Of a DNA stretch of 32,815 bases, positions 1-10,192 are shown piece after piece. Under the pieces are notes generated by a model. It worked only from the letters and a program-made list of their open reading frames with translations. It searched no databases and was not told the DNA's origin. Each line of letters starts with the position of its first letter. Position 1 is the first letter of the stretch. The stretch comes from Actinomycetota bacterium (GTDB taxonomy: Bacteria > Actinomycetota > Thermoleophilia > Gaiellales > Gaiellaceae). Position numbers and translations under genes: made by a program. The stretch is from positions 1 through 32,815 of the forward strand of contig JBDTVA010000001.1 in assembly GCA_040007455.1 (NCBI GenBank), written 5' to 3'.

Positions 1-4
1 GTCT

Positions 5-472
5 CTAGCGGACTTCGACTGGAAGGACCGCGCGCTGCGTTCCCCCGTCGCCCTCGACTTCGGCCTGGAGCTCGGCCGACTCGCCGCGCAGCGACCTCGG
101 CCAGACGTGGGTCTTCACGAGCACTCCGTCGAAGGAGAAGAACCCGAGCGTGTCGACGAGCTGACCGTCGACGAAGATGCGCATCTTGGCGGTGCCGGTT
201 GCGGCGCCGCCCTGGTTCGCCTTCGCGCGGACGGTGTAGCGCCACGGGCGCCCCGCGGTCGGCGTCGTGCTCTCACCGGTCAGCGTGACGGTGAACTGCG
301 GGTCTCCTGTCGGGTCCTCCCCGGGCTTGGCGGTGTTCTCCGGCTGTGTGACCGTGAGCACGTCCGGGCTCGTCGCAGCGGTGGTTCCCGGCGGCGCGGT
401 CTGGTCGTTGCCGCCTCCGCAGCCGGCGGCGAGTGCGAGCAGCGGCAGGAGCAGGAGCGAAGAGCGGCGCAC
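5..472 (-). CDS. putative secreted lipoprotein, function unknown
   Basis: 155-aa ORF with high GC3. The N-terminus MRRSSLLLLPLLALAAGC has a basic n-region, a hydrophobic core and the lipobox L-A-A-G-C. A Thr/Pro-rich linker and a beta-rich domain follow. No family recognised. Confidence 0.6.
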   Translation of the reverse strand: MRRSSLLLLPLLALAAGCGGGNDQTAPPGTTAATSPDVLTVTQPENTAKPGEDPTGDPQFTVTLTGESTTPTAGRPWRYTVRAKANQGGAATGTAKMRIFVDGQLVDTLGFFSFDGVLVKTHVWPRSLRGESAELQAEVEGDGGTQRAVLPVEVR

Positions 473-513
473 GGCTGCATTGTGCCCACTCCGCCCGTCG
501 ATACGATCGGTAC

Positions 514-3163
<2,650 letters not shown>

Positions 3164-3305
3164 GCCGCTGTGCCGCGGGACCGCGCTGGGCGGCCCGATG
3201 CGGCGTCCTCAGTCGCGTCCGTATCTTCGGATACGAACGCTCCCTGCGTCCTTGCCTCGAACCACCCATCGCGCCCCCGCGACGAGCGCTCAGCCGGGCT
3301 CGACC

Positions 3306-4556
3306 TCAGGGAGCCGCTAAGACGAGCACGAAGCGGTCCTGCGCGAGCCGCGCCCACGTCGTCGACACGGGCCGTCCGTTGTGGAGGATCGCGAACGCGT
3401 AGCGCCCGGTCACGTAGCCCGCGAGCGTCGACGCGGTGTCCGTCGTCCCGGTCTTCGCCTGCACGCGGCCGCGAACGGGCGCGAGTCGGCGCTTCATCGT
3501 CCCGCTGACCCCCGCCACCGGGAGCACGCGCACGAACACGGGCCGCACCGCCGGGTCGGTCCACGCGATCTGCAGGAGCGAGACGAGCGATGTCGCCGTG
3601 AGCCGGTTCAGGAGCGAGAGTCCCGAGCCGTCGACCAGGCGCACGCCTCCGAGCGGCACGCCGAGCACCCGCAGCACGGCCGTCACGGCGGCGGCGCCGC
3701 GTGCGCTCGTGCCCGGCCCGCCGGTCTGCGCGCCGAGCTGCTTGAGGAGCATCTCCGCGGTGAAGTTGTCGCTCTCGATGCCCATGTAGCGGACGATCTC
3801 GCCGAGCGCCTCCGAGTGCACGAACGCGAGCGGGAAGTCGGCCGCGGGCGTCGTGCCGACGCGCGCGCGGGCACCGACTGCGATCCCCGCCGCGCGCAGC
3901 TCGATGCGAAAGAGCTGCGCCGCGACGAGCGCGGGGTTGAGCGCGATCCCTCGGGCGTACCGTCCGCGGTCGACGATCAGGGCCGAGAGCGGGGGTGACT
4001 CCTCGATCAGGTAGGAGGGCTTCCACCCCGAGACGACGCGGCGCGAGTCGAAGTACGACTCGTCGCCGACGATGCCGCCGGTGACGCGCCGGATCCCGAA
4101 GGCCCGCACGCCGAGAGCCAGGACGCGCAGGTCGGCACGGGAGAGCGTGGGGTCGCCGAATCCCTTCAGCACGAGCTCGCCGCGCCACGTCGTGCCTTCG
4201 AGCGCGCCGTCCCCGAGGACGTCGGTCTCGACCCTGAAGTCGGAGCCGAGGTCGTGCAGCGCCGCGAAGGCGAGGGCGAGCTTCTCGGTCGAGGCGGGCA
4301 GGAAGCCGCGCTGGGCGTTGAGTGCGAAGACCTGCCGGCCGGTGCGAAGGTCGATCGCGACGGCGCCGGTCTGGGCGCTCTGGACGTGCGGGACGGCCAG
4401 GGCCTTCGCCAGGCGGGCCTGGAGCGGAGGAGCGGCCTGGGCGGCGCCAGGGGCCAGCAGCGCCGCGGCGAGGGCGATTACCGCCCAGGGGCGTGGGCCT
4501 GCCCGGCGGCCAAGATGGGCCGCCCGGCCCATGCCCCTCGTCACGACGGAATCCAT
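3306..4556 (-). CDS. dacB: D-alanyl-D-alanine carboxypeptidase/endopeptidase, PBP4 (peptidase S13) family
   Basis: Has a signal peptide (WAVIALAAALLAPGAAQA) and the three penicillin-binding motifs SxxK (STEK), SxN (SDN) and KTG (KTGT) in the order and spacing typical of PBP4. An alternative start is ATG 4532. Confidence 0.85.
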   Translation of the reverse strand: MDSVVTRGMGRAAHLGRRAGPRPWAVIALAAALLAPGAAQAAPPLQARLAKALAVPHVQSAQTGAVAIDLRTGRQVFALNAQRGFLPASTEKLALAFAALHDLGSDFRVETDVLGDGALEGTTWRGELVLKGFGDPTLSRADLRVLALGVRAFGIRRVTGGIVGDESYFDSRRVVSGWKPSYLIEESPPLSALIVDRGRYARGIALNPALVAAQLFRIELRAAGIAVGARARVGTTPAADFPLAFVHSEALGEIVRYMGIESDNFTAEMLLKQLGAQTGGPGTSARGAAAVTAVLRVLGVPLGGVRLVDGSGLSLLNRLTATSLVSLLQIAWTDPAVRPVFVRVLPVAGVSGTMKRRLAPVRGRVQAKTGTTDTASTLAGYVTGRYAFAILHNGRPVSTTWARLAQDRFVLVLAAP

Positions 4557-4586
4557 AATCGTTGGCGACCCCTCCCGGTCCCTTCC

Positions 4587-4910
4587 ATGACGGACGTGAA
4601 TCCCATCTTCGCTGAGATCGAGGCCCTGCTCGACGACATCACGCCCCGTGCGCTCGACGAGATCGAGGATACGTTGACCAGCGGTTACGCCGCAGCGCTC
4701 GCGCTCGAGGCCGAACGCTGGCGGATCGAGCGCCGCATCTCCACGCTGGCAGGCGAGCTCGGCGGGGAAGCGGACCGTGAGCAGAGCCGTGCCACCGAGA
4801 TCGTGGCGCTCGCCCAGCGACTCAGCGGCGCAGACGCCGACCTCACCCGTCTGCGCGAAGTCCTTGGCTCGTTGCGCGAGCGCGCAGACGCCGCGCGCGC
4901 CGCCGCTTAG
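4587..4910 (+). CDS. hypothetical small coiled-coil protein (107 aa)
   Basis: The only part of track ORF 4254..4910 that does not overlap dacB starts at ATG 4587 (MTDVNPIFAEIEALLDD...). It is acidic and helical with high GC3. No family recognised. Confidence 0.5.
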   Translation: MTDVNPIFAEIEALLDDITPRALDEIEDTLTSGYAAALALEAERWRIERRISTLAGELGGEADREQSRATEIVALAQRLSGADADLTRLREVLGSLRERADAARAAA

Positions 4911-4934
4911 ATGACGGGAGAGTCGCTGCGGCAG

Positions 4935-4988
4935 CGGTCGCGAATCCGCGTAAGCGGATCCGCGACTTGCGCCTCTACCAGCAATTAG
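4935..4988. repeat. palindromic intergenic repeat, module B copy 1
   Basis: Sequence is CGGTCGCGAATCCGC-GTAA-GCGGATCCGCGAC-TTGCGCCTCTACCAGCAATTAG, with 13-nt hairpin arms at 4937-4949 and 4954-4966. It differs from copy 3 at 1 of 54 positions. Confidence 0.9.
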
Positions 4989-5010
4989 ACGATGGCGGAC
5001 TTCGCTGCGG

Positions 5011-5038
5011 CAGCGGCCGCGAAGCGGCCGCCTTTAGG
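5011..5038. repeat. module A: double NotI-site hairpin repeat (possible + strand terminator)
   Basis: CAGCGGCCGCGAAGCGGCCGCCTTTAGG is 28/28 identical to 20829-20856. The GCGGCCGC-GAA-GCGGCCGC stem-loop is followed by CTTT. Confidence 0.85.
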
Positions 5039-5045
5039 TGCCAAA

Positions 5046-5099
5046 CGGTCGCGAATCCGCGTAAGCGGATCCGCGACTTGCGCCTCTGCTAGCAATTAG
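5046..5099. repeat. palindromic intergenic repeat, module B copy 2
   Basis: Same 54-nt unit as copy 1, with 2 substitutions in the tail (CTCTGCTAGC versus CTCTACCAGC). Confidence 0.9.
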
Positions 5100-5107
5100 G
5101 TGCCAAG

Positions 5108-5161
5108 CGGTCGCGAATCCGCGTAAGCGGATCCGCGACTTGCGCCTCTACCAGCAACTAG
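5108..5161. repeat. palindromic intergenic repeat, module B copy 3 (abuts the response-regulator stop codon)
   Basis: Same 54-nt unit. Its last bases, CTA at 5158-5160, are the TAG stop of the minus-strand regulator gene. Confidence 0.9.
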
Positions 5162-5838
5162 ACGATCCCGGACTTCACTGCGTAGACCGCCGCCTGGATG
5201 CGGTTGTCGATCTGCAGCTTCATCAGGATGTTCGAGATGTGGTTCTTGACCGTCTTCGGGCTGATGTGCAGCTCGCCGGCGATCATCGCGTTGTCCTTGC
5301 CGTTCGCGATCAGCTTCAGCACCTGGATCTCGCGGTCGGAGAGCTCGGCGCGGATCGTCTCGGCGATCGCTGAGACGCTGCTCGTCGAGCGGACGCGTTG
5401 GAGGACCTTCGAGGCGATGTTCGGCGAGATCAGCGACTCGCCGATCGAGGCTGCGCGGATCCCGGCCATCAGGTCCTGGATCGACGAGTCCTTGAGCAGG
5501 TAGCCGCAGGCTCCCGCGAGGATCGCGTCGAGGACGTCGCTGTCCTGATCGGAGATCGTGAGCACGAGCACGCGGGTCAACGGCGCGATGCCGGTGATCT
5601 GCCGTGTCGCCTCGACGCCCGTCATCCCGGGCATGTTGAGATCCATCACGACGACGTCGGGTGCGAGCTCGCGGACCGACCGAACGGCGTCGCTCCCCGC
5701 CGCAGCCTCACCGACCACCTGGATTCCCTGCTCCTCGAGCAGGTTGCGCAGGCCGGTCCGGAAGAGGTCGTGGTCGTCCACGATCACGACCCTGAGCGGG
5801 TCGTGCCGAGGCTCGGTCGACTCCAGCTGCTGCGTCAT
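5158..5838 (-). CDS. NarL/FixJ-family two-component response regulator (receiver + LuxR/GerE HTH)
   Basis: The receiver domain has VVIVDDHDLFR and the phospho-acceptor context DVVVMDLNMPGMTG. The C-terminal HTH is LSDREIQVLKLIANGKDNAMIAGELHISPKTVKNHISNILMKL. No histidine kinase gene is present in the window. Confidence 0.92.
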   Translation of the reverse strand: MTQQLESTEPRHDPLRVVIVDDHDLFRTGLRNLLEEQGIQVVGEAAAGSDAVRSVRELAPDVVVMDLNMPGMTGVEATRQITGIAPLTRVLVLTISDQDSDVLDAILAGACGYLLKDSSIQDLMAGIRAASIGESLISPNIASKVLQRVRSTSSVSAIAETIRAELSDREIQVLKLIANGKDNAMIAGELHISPKTVKNHISNILMKLQIDNRIQAAVYAVKSGIV

Positions 5839-5865
5839 GTCCCCCCGCGTCGTGTTGAGCCGAGT

Positions 5866-6876
5866 CTAGCCGTGAAGGGTGATCGTCACGGTCCTGCGGC
5901 CCCAAGCCATGGCTTGCGCGATGGTGGGGAACCAGAGGTCGATCGTCGCTCCGCGCACCGCGCCGCCGGTGTCGGCGGCCACGCCTTCGCCGTAGCCCGG
6001 GATCGTCATCCGGGTGCCGAGCGGGATCACCGACGGGTCGACGGCGACGATCCCCCAGCCGGTCGGCAGGCCGCTGGCAGTCCGGCCGCGGAGCGCATAG
6101 CCGGTCGAGGAAACCGTCAACGTCTGCTCGCCCCCCGTGTACGCGGGTGCGGACGCGGGCGCCGTCGTCGCCACCGCCGCCTCCGAGGTCTCGAGCGCCT
6201 GCGTGCGCTCGCCCGCGGCGCGCGCCGTGCTGCGCACGCGCTCGAGCCGTCGCGCGTTGAAGCCACGCTGCCGGGCCAGCTGGGCGAGGTACTCGGTGCG
6301 CTCGGTGCGCGCGGCCGCGCGGGACGCGGCCGTCGACGCCGCCGCGGACTCGGCCTCGCGCAGCGCGGCGACGCGGGCCACCACGCGGGTCTTCGTGTCG
6401 GTCAGGTCGGCCCGCGCCTGCCGGACCTTGCTCAGCAGGTCGCGGTCGCCTGAAGCGATGCTGCGAAGCCCGTCGAGCCCGCCGATCGCCTCGTCGAGCG
6501 ACTCGGCGCCGAGCAAGATCGCGACCGGGTCGAGCTGTCCCTGCTGATAGAGCTGGCGGATCCGCGCCCCGAGCTGCTCCTCTGCGATGTAGGCGGACTG
6601 CCAGGCGACGTCGAGCTCGATCCGCAGCCGCGTCAGGCGGGCCTCGGCGGCCTCGCGCCGGACGGTCAGCTCTGCCAGCCGGGAGCGCGCGACGGCGAGC
6701 TGCGCCTCCAGTGAGTAGAGCTCCTGCGTGGCCGACCGCTCCCTCGCGGCGAGGGAGGTGTCCCGTTGCCTGAGCTCGGCCGCGCCGCCCGAGGGCGCGG
6801 CTGCTCCGCCCGCTGAGGGGAGCGCCAGAATCGCCGTCAGACTCAGCAGAACCGCGAGTCGGCGCGCTGCGAGCAT
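5866..6876 (-). CDS. secreted coiled-coil protein with C-terminal 3D (MltA/YabE/YuiC-like) cell-wall domain
   Basis: The C-terminus VSSTGYALRGRTASGLPTGWGIVAVDPSVIPLGTRMTIPGYGEGVAADTGGAVRGATIDLWF matches the 3D-domain pattern. A long Ala/Arg/Glu/Leu coiled coil precedes it. The signal peptide MLAARRLAVLLSLTAILALPSAGG starts at ATG 6876 (GTG 6894 is an alternative). The track start at 7293 overlaps the divergent NlpC/P60 gene. Confidence 0.75.
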   Translation of the reverse strand: MLAARRLAVLLSLTAILALPSAGGAAAPSGGAAELRQRDTSLAARERSATQELYSLEAQLAVARSRLAELTVRREAAEARLTRLRIELDVAWQSAYIAEEQLGARIRQLYQQGQLDPVAILLGAESLDEAIGGLDGLRSIASGDRDLLSKVRQARADLTDTKTRVVARVAALREAESAAASTAASRAAARTERTEYLAQLARQRGFNARRLERVRSTARAAGERTQALETSEAAVATTAPASAPAYTGGEQTLTVSSTGYALRGRTASGLPTGWGIVAVDPSVIPLGTRMTIPGYGEGVAADTGGAVRGATIDLWFPTIAQAMAWGRRTVTITLHG

Positions 6877-6994
6877 GCTCGAGCATCCGCGCACGAGGCG
6901 GCAGGCTACCAGACGATCCCTGCTTGTAACACCGGTGATTTGGCCGCTTGCAGCGTTTTTCGGCCTGATCAGGCGTTGCAGGCGTCCGTGAGGG

Positions 6995-8143
6995 TTGGTA
7001 CCCTCCACCCCTTGTGACGGCCCCCGCCCCGTGGGTCGCGCACTCGAGGAGCTGGAGACTATTCGACTACCTCGCCGAATCCTCCCAGCGTTCTTGCTCG
7101 GTCTGATCGCGACCCTCGCGACAGCCGGCGGAGCGGCTGCGGAGCCGTCGCAAGTCGAACAGCAGCAGGCGCGCGCGCAAAGCGTGCTCACGCAGATCCA
7201 GCAGATCGACTCCGAGCTGAGCCACGCGGTCGAGGCGTACAACTTCGCCAACGTGAAGCTCGACCGGATCAAGAGCGACCTCGTCAGGAACACACGTCAT
7301 CTCGGCCTCGCGAAGCAGAATCTCGGCAGCGCGGAGAAGCGCCTCGCCGACCGCGTCGTCTCGCTCTACACCTCCGATGAGGAGAACTCGACGGTCGCCG
7401 TTCTGCTGGGCGCGTCGAGCCTGGACGAGCTGCTCGACCGGATCGAGACCGCGAACCGCGTCTCCGACCAGGACGCGACGACGCTCGGGCAGGTGATCCG
7501 CTACCGCGCGCAGGTCAAGCGCGAGCGCATCCAGCTCAGGAAAGCGCGCACAGCCCAGGCCCAGATCGTGGCGACGAAGGCCTCGCAGAAGGCTTCGATC
7601 GAGCGCCAGCTCGCGCAACGTCAGTCGATGCTTGCCGGGATCCGCGGCGAGATCCGCCGGATCCAGGCGGCGGAGCGCCGGCGCTCGCTCGCGATCGCCG
7701 CGAGCCTCCGCGGCCAGACCTTCGAGAGCTCGTCGTCCGGTCTCGGCGCGGCGGGCGTCACGCCGGACGGCGCGGTCGTCGCGCCCCCATCGCGGTACGG
7801 CGGCGTGGTCGGGATCGCGATGCGTTATCTGGGCGTGCCCTACAAATGGGGCGGGGCGTCGCCGTCGACGGGCTTCGACTGCTCGGGGTTCATCATGTAC
7901 GTCTACGCGCAGATCGGCGTCTCGCTTCCGCACTACACGGGCTCCCAGTACGCGATGGGCACTCCCGTTTCCCGAGACCAGCTCGCGCCCGGCGACCTTG
8001 TCTTCTTCGACGGGCTCGGTCACAACGGGATCTACATCGGGGGCAACAACTTCATCCACGCCCCGCACACGGGTGACGTCGTGAAGATCTCGAGCATGAC
8101 CGGCTGGTATGCGTCGACGTACGTCGGCGCCCGCCGCCTGTAA
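6995..8143 (+). CDS. NlpC/P60-family peptidoglycan endopeptidase with N-terminal coiled coil (RipA/CwlO-like architecture)
   Basis: The catalytic domain reads YKWGGASPSTGFDCSGFIMYVY...GHNGIYIGGNNFIHAPHTG, giving the Cys-His(-His) triad context. The signal segment is ILPAFLLGLIATLATAGGAAA. The start is uncertain: TTG 6995 or GTG 7031. Confidence 0.85.
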   Translation: MVPSTPCDGPRPVGRALEELETIRLPRRILPAFLLGLIATLATAGGAAAEPSQVEQQQARAQSVLTQIQQIDSELSHAVEAYNFANVKLDRIKSDLVRNTRHLGLAKQNLGSAEKRLADRVVSLYTSDEENSTVAVLLGASSLDELLDRIETANRVSDQDATTLGQVIRYRAQVKRERIQLRKARTAQAQIVATKASQKASIERQLAQRQSMLAGIRGEIRRIQAAERRRSLAIAASLRGQTFESSSSGLGAAGVTPDGAVVAPPSRYGGVVGIAMRYLGVPYKWGGASPSTGFDCSGFIMYVYAQIGVSLPHYTGSQYAMGTPVSRDQLAPGDLVFFDGLGHNGIYIGGNNFIHAPHTGDVVKISSMTGWYASTYVGARRL

Positions 8144-8159
8144 CCGTCGTCCGTTGGAT

Positions 8160-8194
8160 GTGCGGCGGCGACTGGGGTCGCGCCGCCGCCGCAC
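8160..8194. terminator. GC-rich hairpin between convergent genes (possible bidirectional terminator)
   Basis: GTGCGGCGGCG (8160-8170) pairs with CGCCGCCGCAC (8184-8194) as an 11-bp perfect stem around a 13-nt loop. There is no U-tract on either side. Confidence 0.4.
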
Positions 8195-8235
8195 GTGAGC
8201 CGGTAGATGCGGGTCGTTGTCCGCGGTGGGTCTGA

Positions 8236-8817
8236 TCAGTGGTGCGCTCCCTCTGCGTGCGGCTTCATGATCTCGATCTCGCGCGCTTGAGCGGCGATGA
8301 TCGCGTCTGCGAGCTGACGGATCTCGTCGTGGCTAGCGCGTACCGACGCCAGCTCGGCCATCTTAATCGCCCCTTCGTGGTGGGCGATCATTATCTCGGC
8401 GAACGACATGTCGACGTCCGCGGCGGTCGAGAGATCGCCGCCGTGCGACATCATCCCGGCCTCCTCTGACGAGAGACCGAGAACTGCGAGCGCGTCCATC
8501 TCGGACTCGCGCGGTCCTGCGCCGAACCACTCCTCGCGCCACGCGAGCATCTGGTCGATCTCGTCTTGTTGCGTGGCGACGATGTCGTCGGCGATCGTGA
8601 CGAGCTCCGGCTGAGAGAGCCCAGCCTGCTTGGCCTCTCGTGCCATCGCGATTGCCGATTCGTGGTGCGGCACCATCGCGTCGATGAAGGCGCGGTCGAA
8701 CGGAACGGAGCTGGAGCTCGCGGACACACTCGTTCCGTCCTGAGAACTCTCGTTTCCGCCGCAGCCGGCGACCGCGAACACGACCGCCGCCGCGAGGATG
8801 GTTACGAACCTGTTCAT
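8236..8817 (-). CDS. DUF305-family lipoprotein (metal, probably copper, associated)
   Basis: The lipobox is FAVAGC. Two copies of the DUF305 signature are present: FIDAMVPHHESAIAMAREA and FAEIMIAHHEGAIKMAELA. The C-terminus is His-rich. A strong RBS, AAGGAGGA, lies just upstream of ATG 8817. Confidence 0.85.
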   Translation of the reverse strand: MNRFVTILAAAVVFAVAGCGGNESSQDGTSVSASSSSVPFDRAFIDAMVPHHESAIAMAREAKQAGLSQPELVTIADDIVATQQDEIDQMLAWREEWFGAGPRESEMDALAVLGLSSEEAGMMSHGGDLSTAADVDMSFAEIMIAHHEGAIKMAELASVRASHDEIRQLADAIIAAQAREIEIMKPHAEGAHH

Positions 8818-8877
8818 GATCCTCCTTGGTTTCGTAGGTGAGCTGCACGTTGGCTCTCGGTCGAGCCAATGGGCGAC

Positions 8878-9180
8878 TCAGTTTCGAAACCGTTGGAGGC
8901 GAACCGGTGACGCTCGCGAGCGCCCGTCCGGAGGTCGACTCCTCTCCGACACCGCGCTTGGGGGCGCGAGTGCGAAGGCGTGCCGCGGCGTCTGGTTCAG
9001 CGGACGCTGCGGAAACGCAGCGACGATCAAGAACGCGACGAGGACGAGGCAGATCCCGGCATCGGCCCCTGCCATGTCCTCGTGGTCGGCGGGCATTGTC
9101 CCGGCGCTGTGCCCTCCGCCGGCGTACAGGAGCACCGTGGCAACGGCCGTGATCGCCAGTGCCTGTCGAGCCGCGATCAT
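8878..9180 (-). CDS. hypothetical small membrane protein with a His/Met/Asp-rich segment
   Basis: 100-aa ORF between two same-strand genes. It has two hydrophobic segments (ALAITAVATVLLYAGG and ICLVLVAFLIVAAF) flanking HSAGTMPADHEDMAG. GC3 is high in the first two thirds and lower in the tail. The RBS is weak. Confidence 0.4.
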   Translation of the reverse strand: MIAARQALAITAVATVLLYAGGGHSAGTMPADHEDMAGADAGICLVLVAFLIVAAFPQRPLNQTPRHAFALAPPSAVSERSRPPDGRSRASPVRLQRFRN

Positions 9181-9249
9181 CGTCCGAGCGTACCCACCGT
9201 CGCTACGACGATACCTCGATGACGGTAGTCAACCCCCCCGGCGCCTTGT

Positions 9250-9627
9250 CTACAGGCGGCGAGATCCGTCGCACAAGGACGTTCGTAGCACTTTTCGCGT
9301 GGATCCCTGCGCGTAGATCCGCCAGCGTTCACCGCGGCGGACGACGATGCTGACCGACGTGACGCTGCCGCTTCCATCGGCTCGCCGGATGTTGCCGGTG
9401 GCCACGCGGACGATGCGGGGTCCACGTCCCTTCAGGTAGCGGTCGACGCGAAAGCGTTGAATACCTGTTGGTGTCGGGCTCTCGAGCGCAACGCCGTTGA
9501 AGATCACGTCGGCCCGCGCTCGTTGCTGAGCCTGAGTCGAGGGGACGCACGAGGCGTAAGCAGCAGAGGCGAGAACCGTTGCCACGACGAGTGCGACGGC
9601 CAGCTGGGTCAGGAGTCTCTTCGTCAC
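9250..9627 (-). CDS. hypothetical secreted protein (125 aa)
   Basis: From GTG 9627 the N-terminus VTKRLLTQLAVALVVATVLASAAYA is a signal peptide. The mature end SCVPSTQAQQRARADVIFNGVA and a C-terminal Cys resemble bacterial TIMP/NTR-like OB-fold proteins, but this is a weak inference. The start is uncertain; ATG 9708 would overlap the upstream gene. Confidence 0.5.
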   Translation of the reverse strand: MTKRLLTQLAVALVVATVLASAAYASCVPSTQAQQRARADVIFNGVALESPTPTGIQRFRVDRYLKGRGPRIVRVATGNIRRADGSGSVTSVSIVVRRGERWRIYAQGSTRKVLRTSLCDGSRRL

Positions 9628-9658
9628 GTCTTCGGTACGCCGCCGGGGTGCGGAGTCG

Positions 9659-10150
9659 TCACAGCTGCGTCGCCGCCGCGTGGTGGGCGTGGCCACCGTG
9701 CCGGGCATGTGCGATCGCGTGCCCGCGGCCACGCGCGATCAGCCAGCGGTTGACCGGATACGCCGCGACGAAGGCAATCGCGAGCGCGAACGCGAGGCTG
9801 CCCCAGAAGAGCAGGTCTGCGAGCCCGGCCTCCATGGCGCCCGGGACGACGAGGATGATTGCGTTGTCGACGATCTCCATCACCGCGATGGAAATCGTGT
9901 CCGCCGCCAATGCGATGCCCGCCGCCGCGCCTAGCGCGAGCCCGGAGCGGATCAGCGGCACGGCCGTGAACGAGTACCCGAAGAAGAAGGCAAGGACGAC
10001 GGCGAGCACGATCGTTGGGACGTTTCTCCAGCCGAGCGCGGTCCCGATGGCGACTCCGAGCACCTCGCCGATGGCGCAACCGGTCAGGCAATGCCACGTT
10101 GCGCTGAACGCGATCCGGTTGAGCGACTGCTCGGACTGGGCGTGCTCCAC
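9659..10150 (-). CDS. DUF4396-family integral membrane protein
   Basis: Carries the signature ATWHCLTGCAIGEVLG, four or five hydrophobic helices and a His-rich C-terminus (HAIAHARHGGHAHH). GTG 10150 is preceded by the RBS AAGGAGG. Confidence 0.8.
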   Translation of the reverse strand: MEHAQSEQSLNRIAFSATWHCLTGCAIGEVLGVAIGTALGWRNVPTIVLAVVLAFFFGYSFTAVPLIRSGLALGAAAGIALAADTISIAVMEIVDNAIILVVPGAMEAGLADLLFWGSLAFALAIAFVAAYPVNRWLIARGRGHAIAHARHGGHAHHAAATQL

Positions 10151-10192
10151 GAAACCTCCTTGGTGAGTATGAGTCAAGCTACAGTCGCCCCC

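Noticed and set aside
3220-3235. CGTATC-TTCG-GATACG hairpin between the convergent ligA and dacB genes as a terminator.
   Set aside because: The stem is only 6 bp with no U-tract, which is too weak to call. I note it only as the sole AT-containing hairpin in that 142-nt gap.
4935-5161. Possible small CRISPR array (three regularly structured palindromic repeats).
   Set aside because: There are only three copies with unequal spacing (111 and 62 nt). The intervening 'spacers' are themselves repeated modules. No cas genes or leader are present, and a diverged single copy occurs elsewhere. It behaves like a REP/terminator-type repeat, not CRISPR.
6877-7060. Possible c-di-AMP (ydaO-type) riboswitch upstream of the NlpC/P60 hydrolase, as is common in Actinomycetota.
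   Set aside because: I could not find the conserved ydaO core elements (GGGGACCCA-like, GGGGTGAATC-like, or CCCGAA...CAGCTAACC-like segments). Only generic short hairpins are present, such as GAGGGT-TGGT-ACCCTC and GGCCG...CGGCC. An Infernal scan would settle it.
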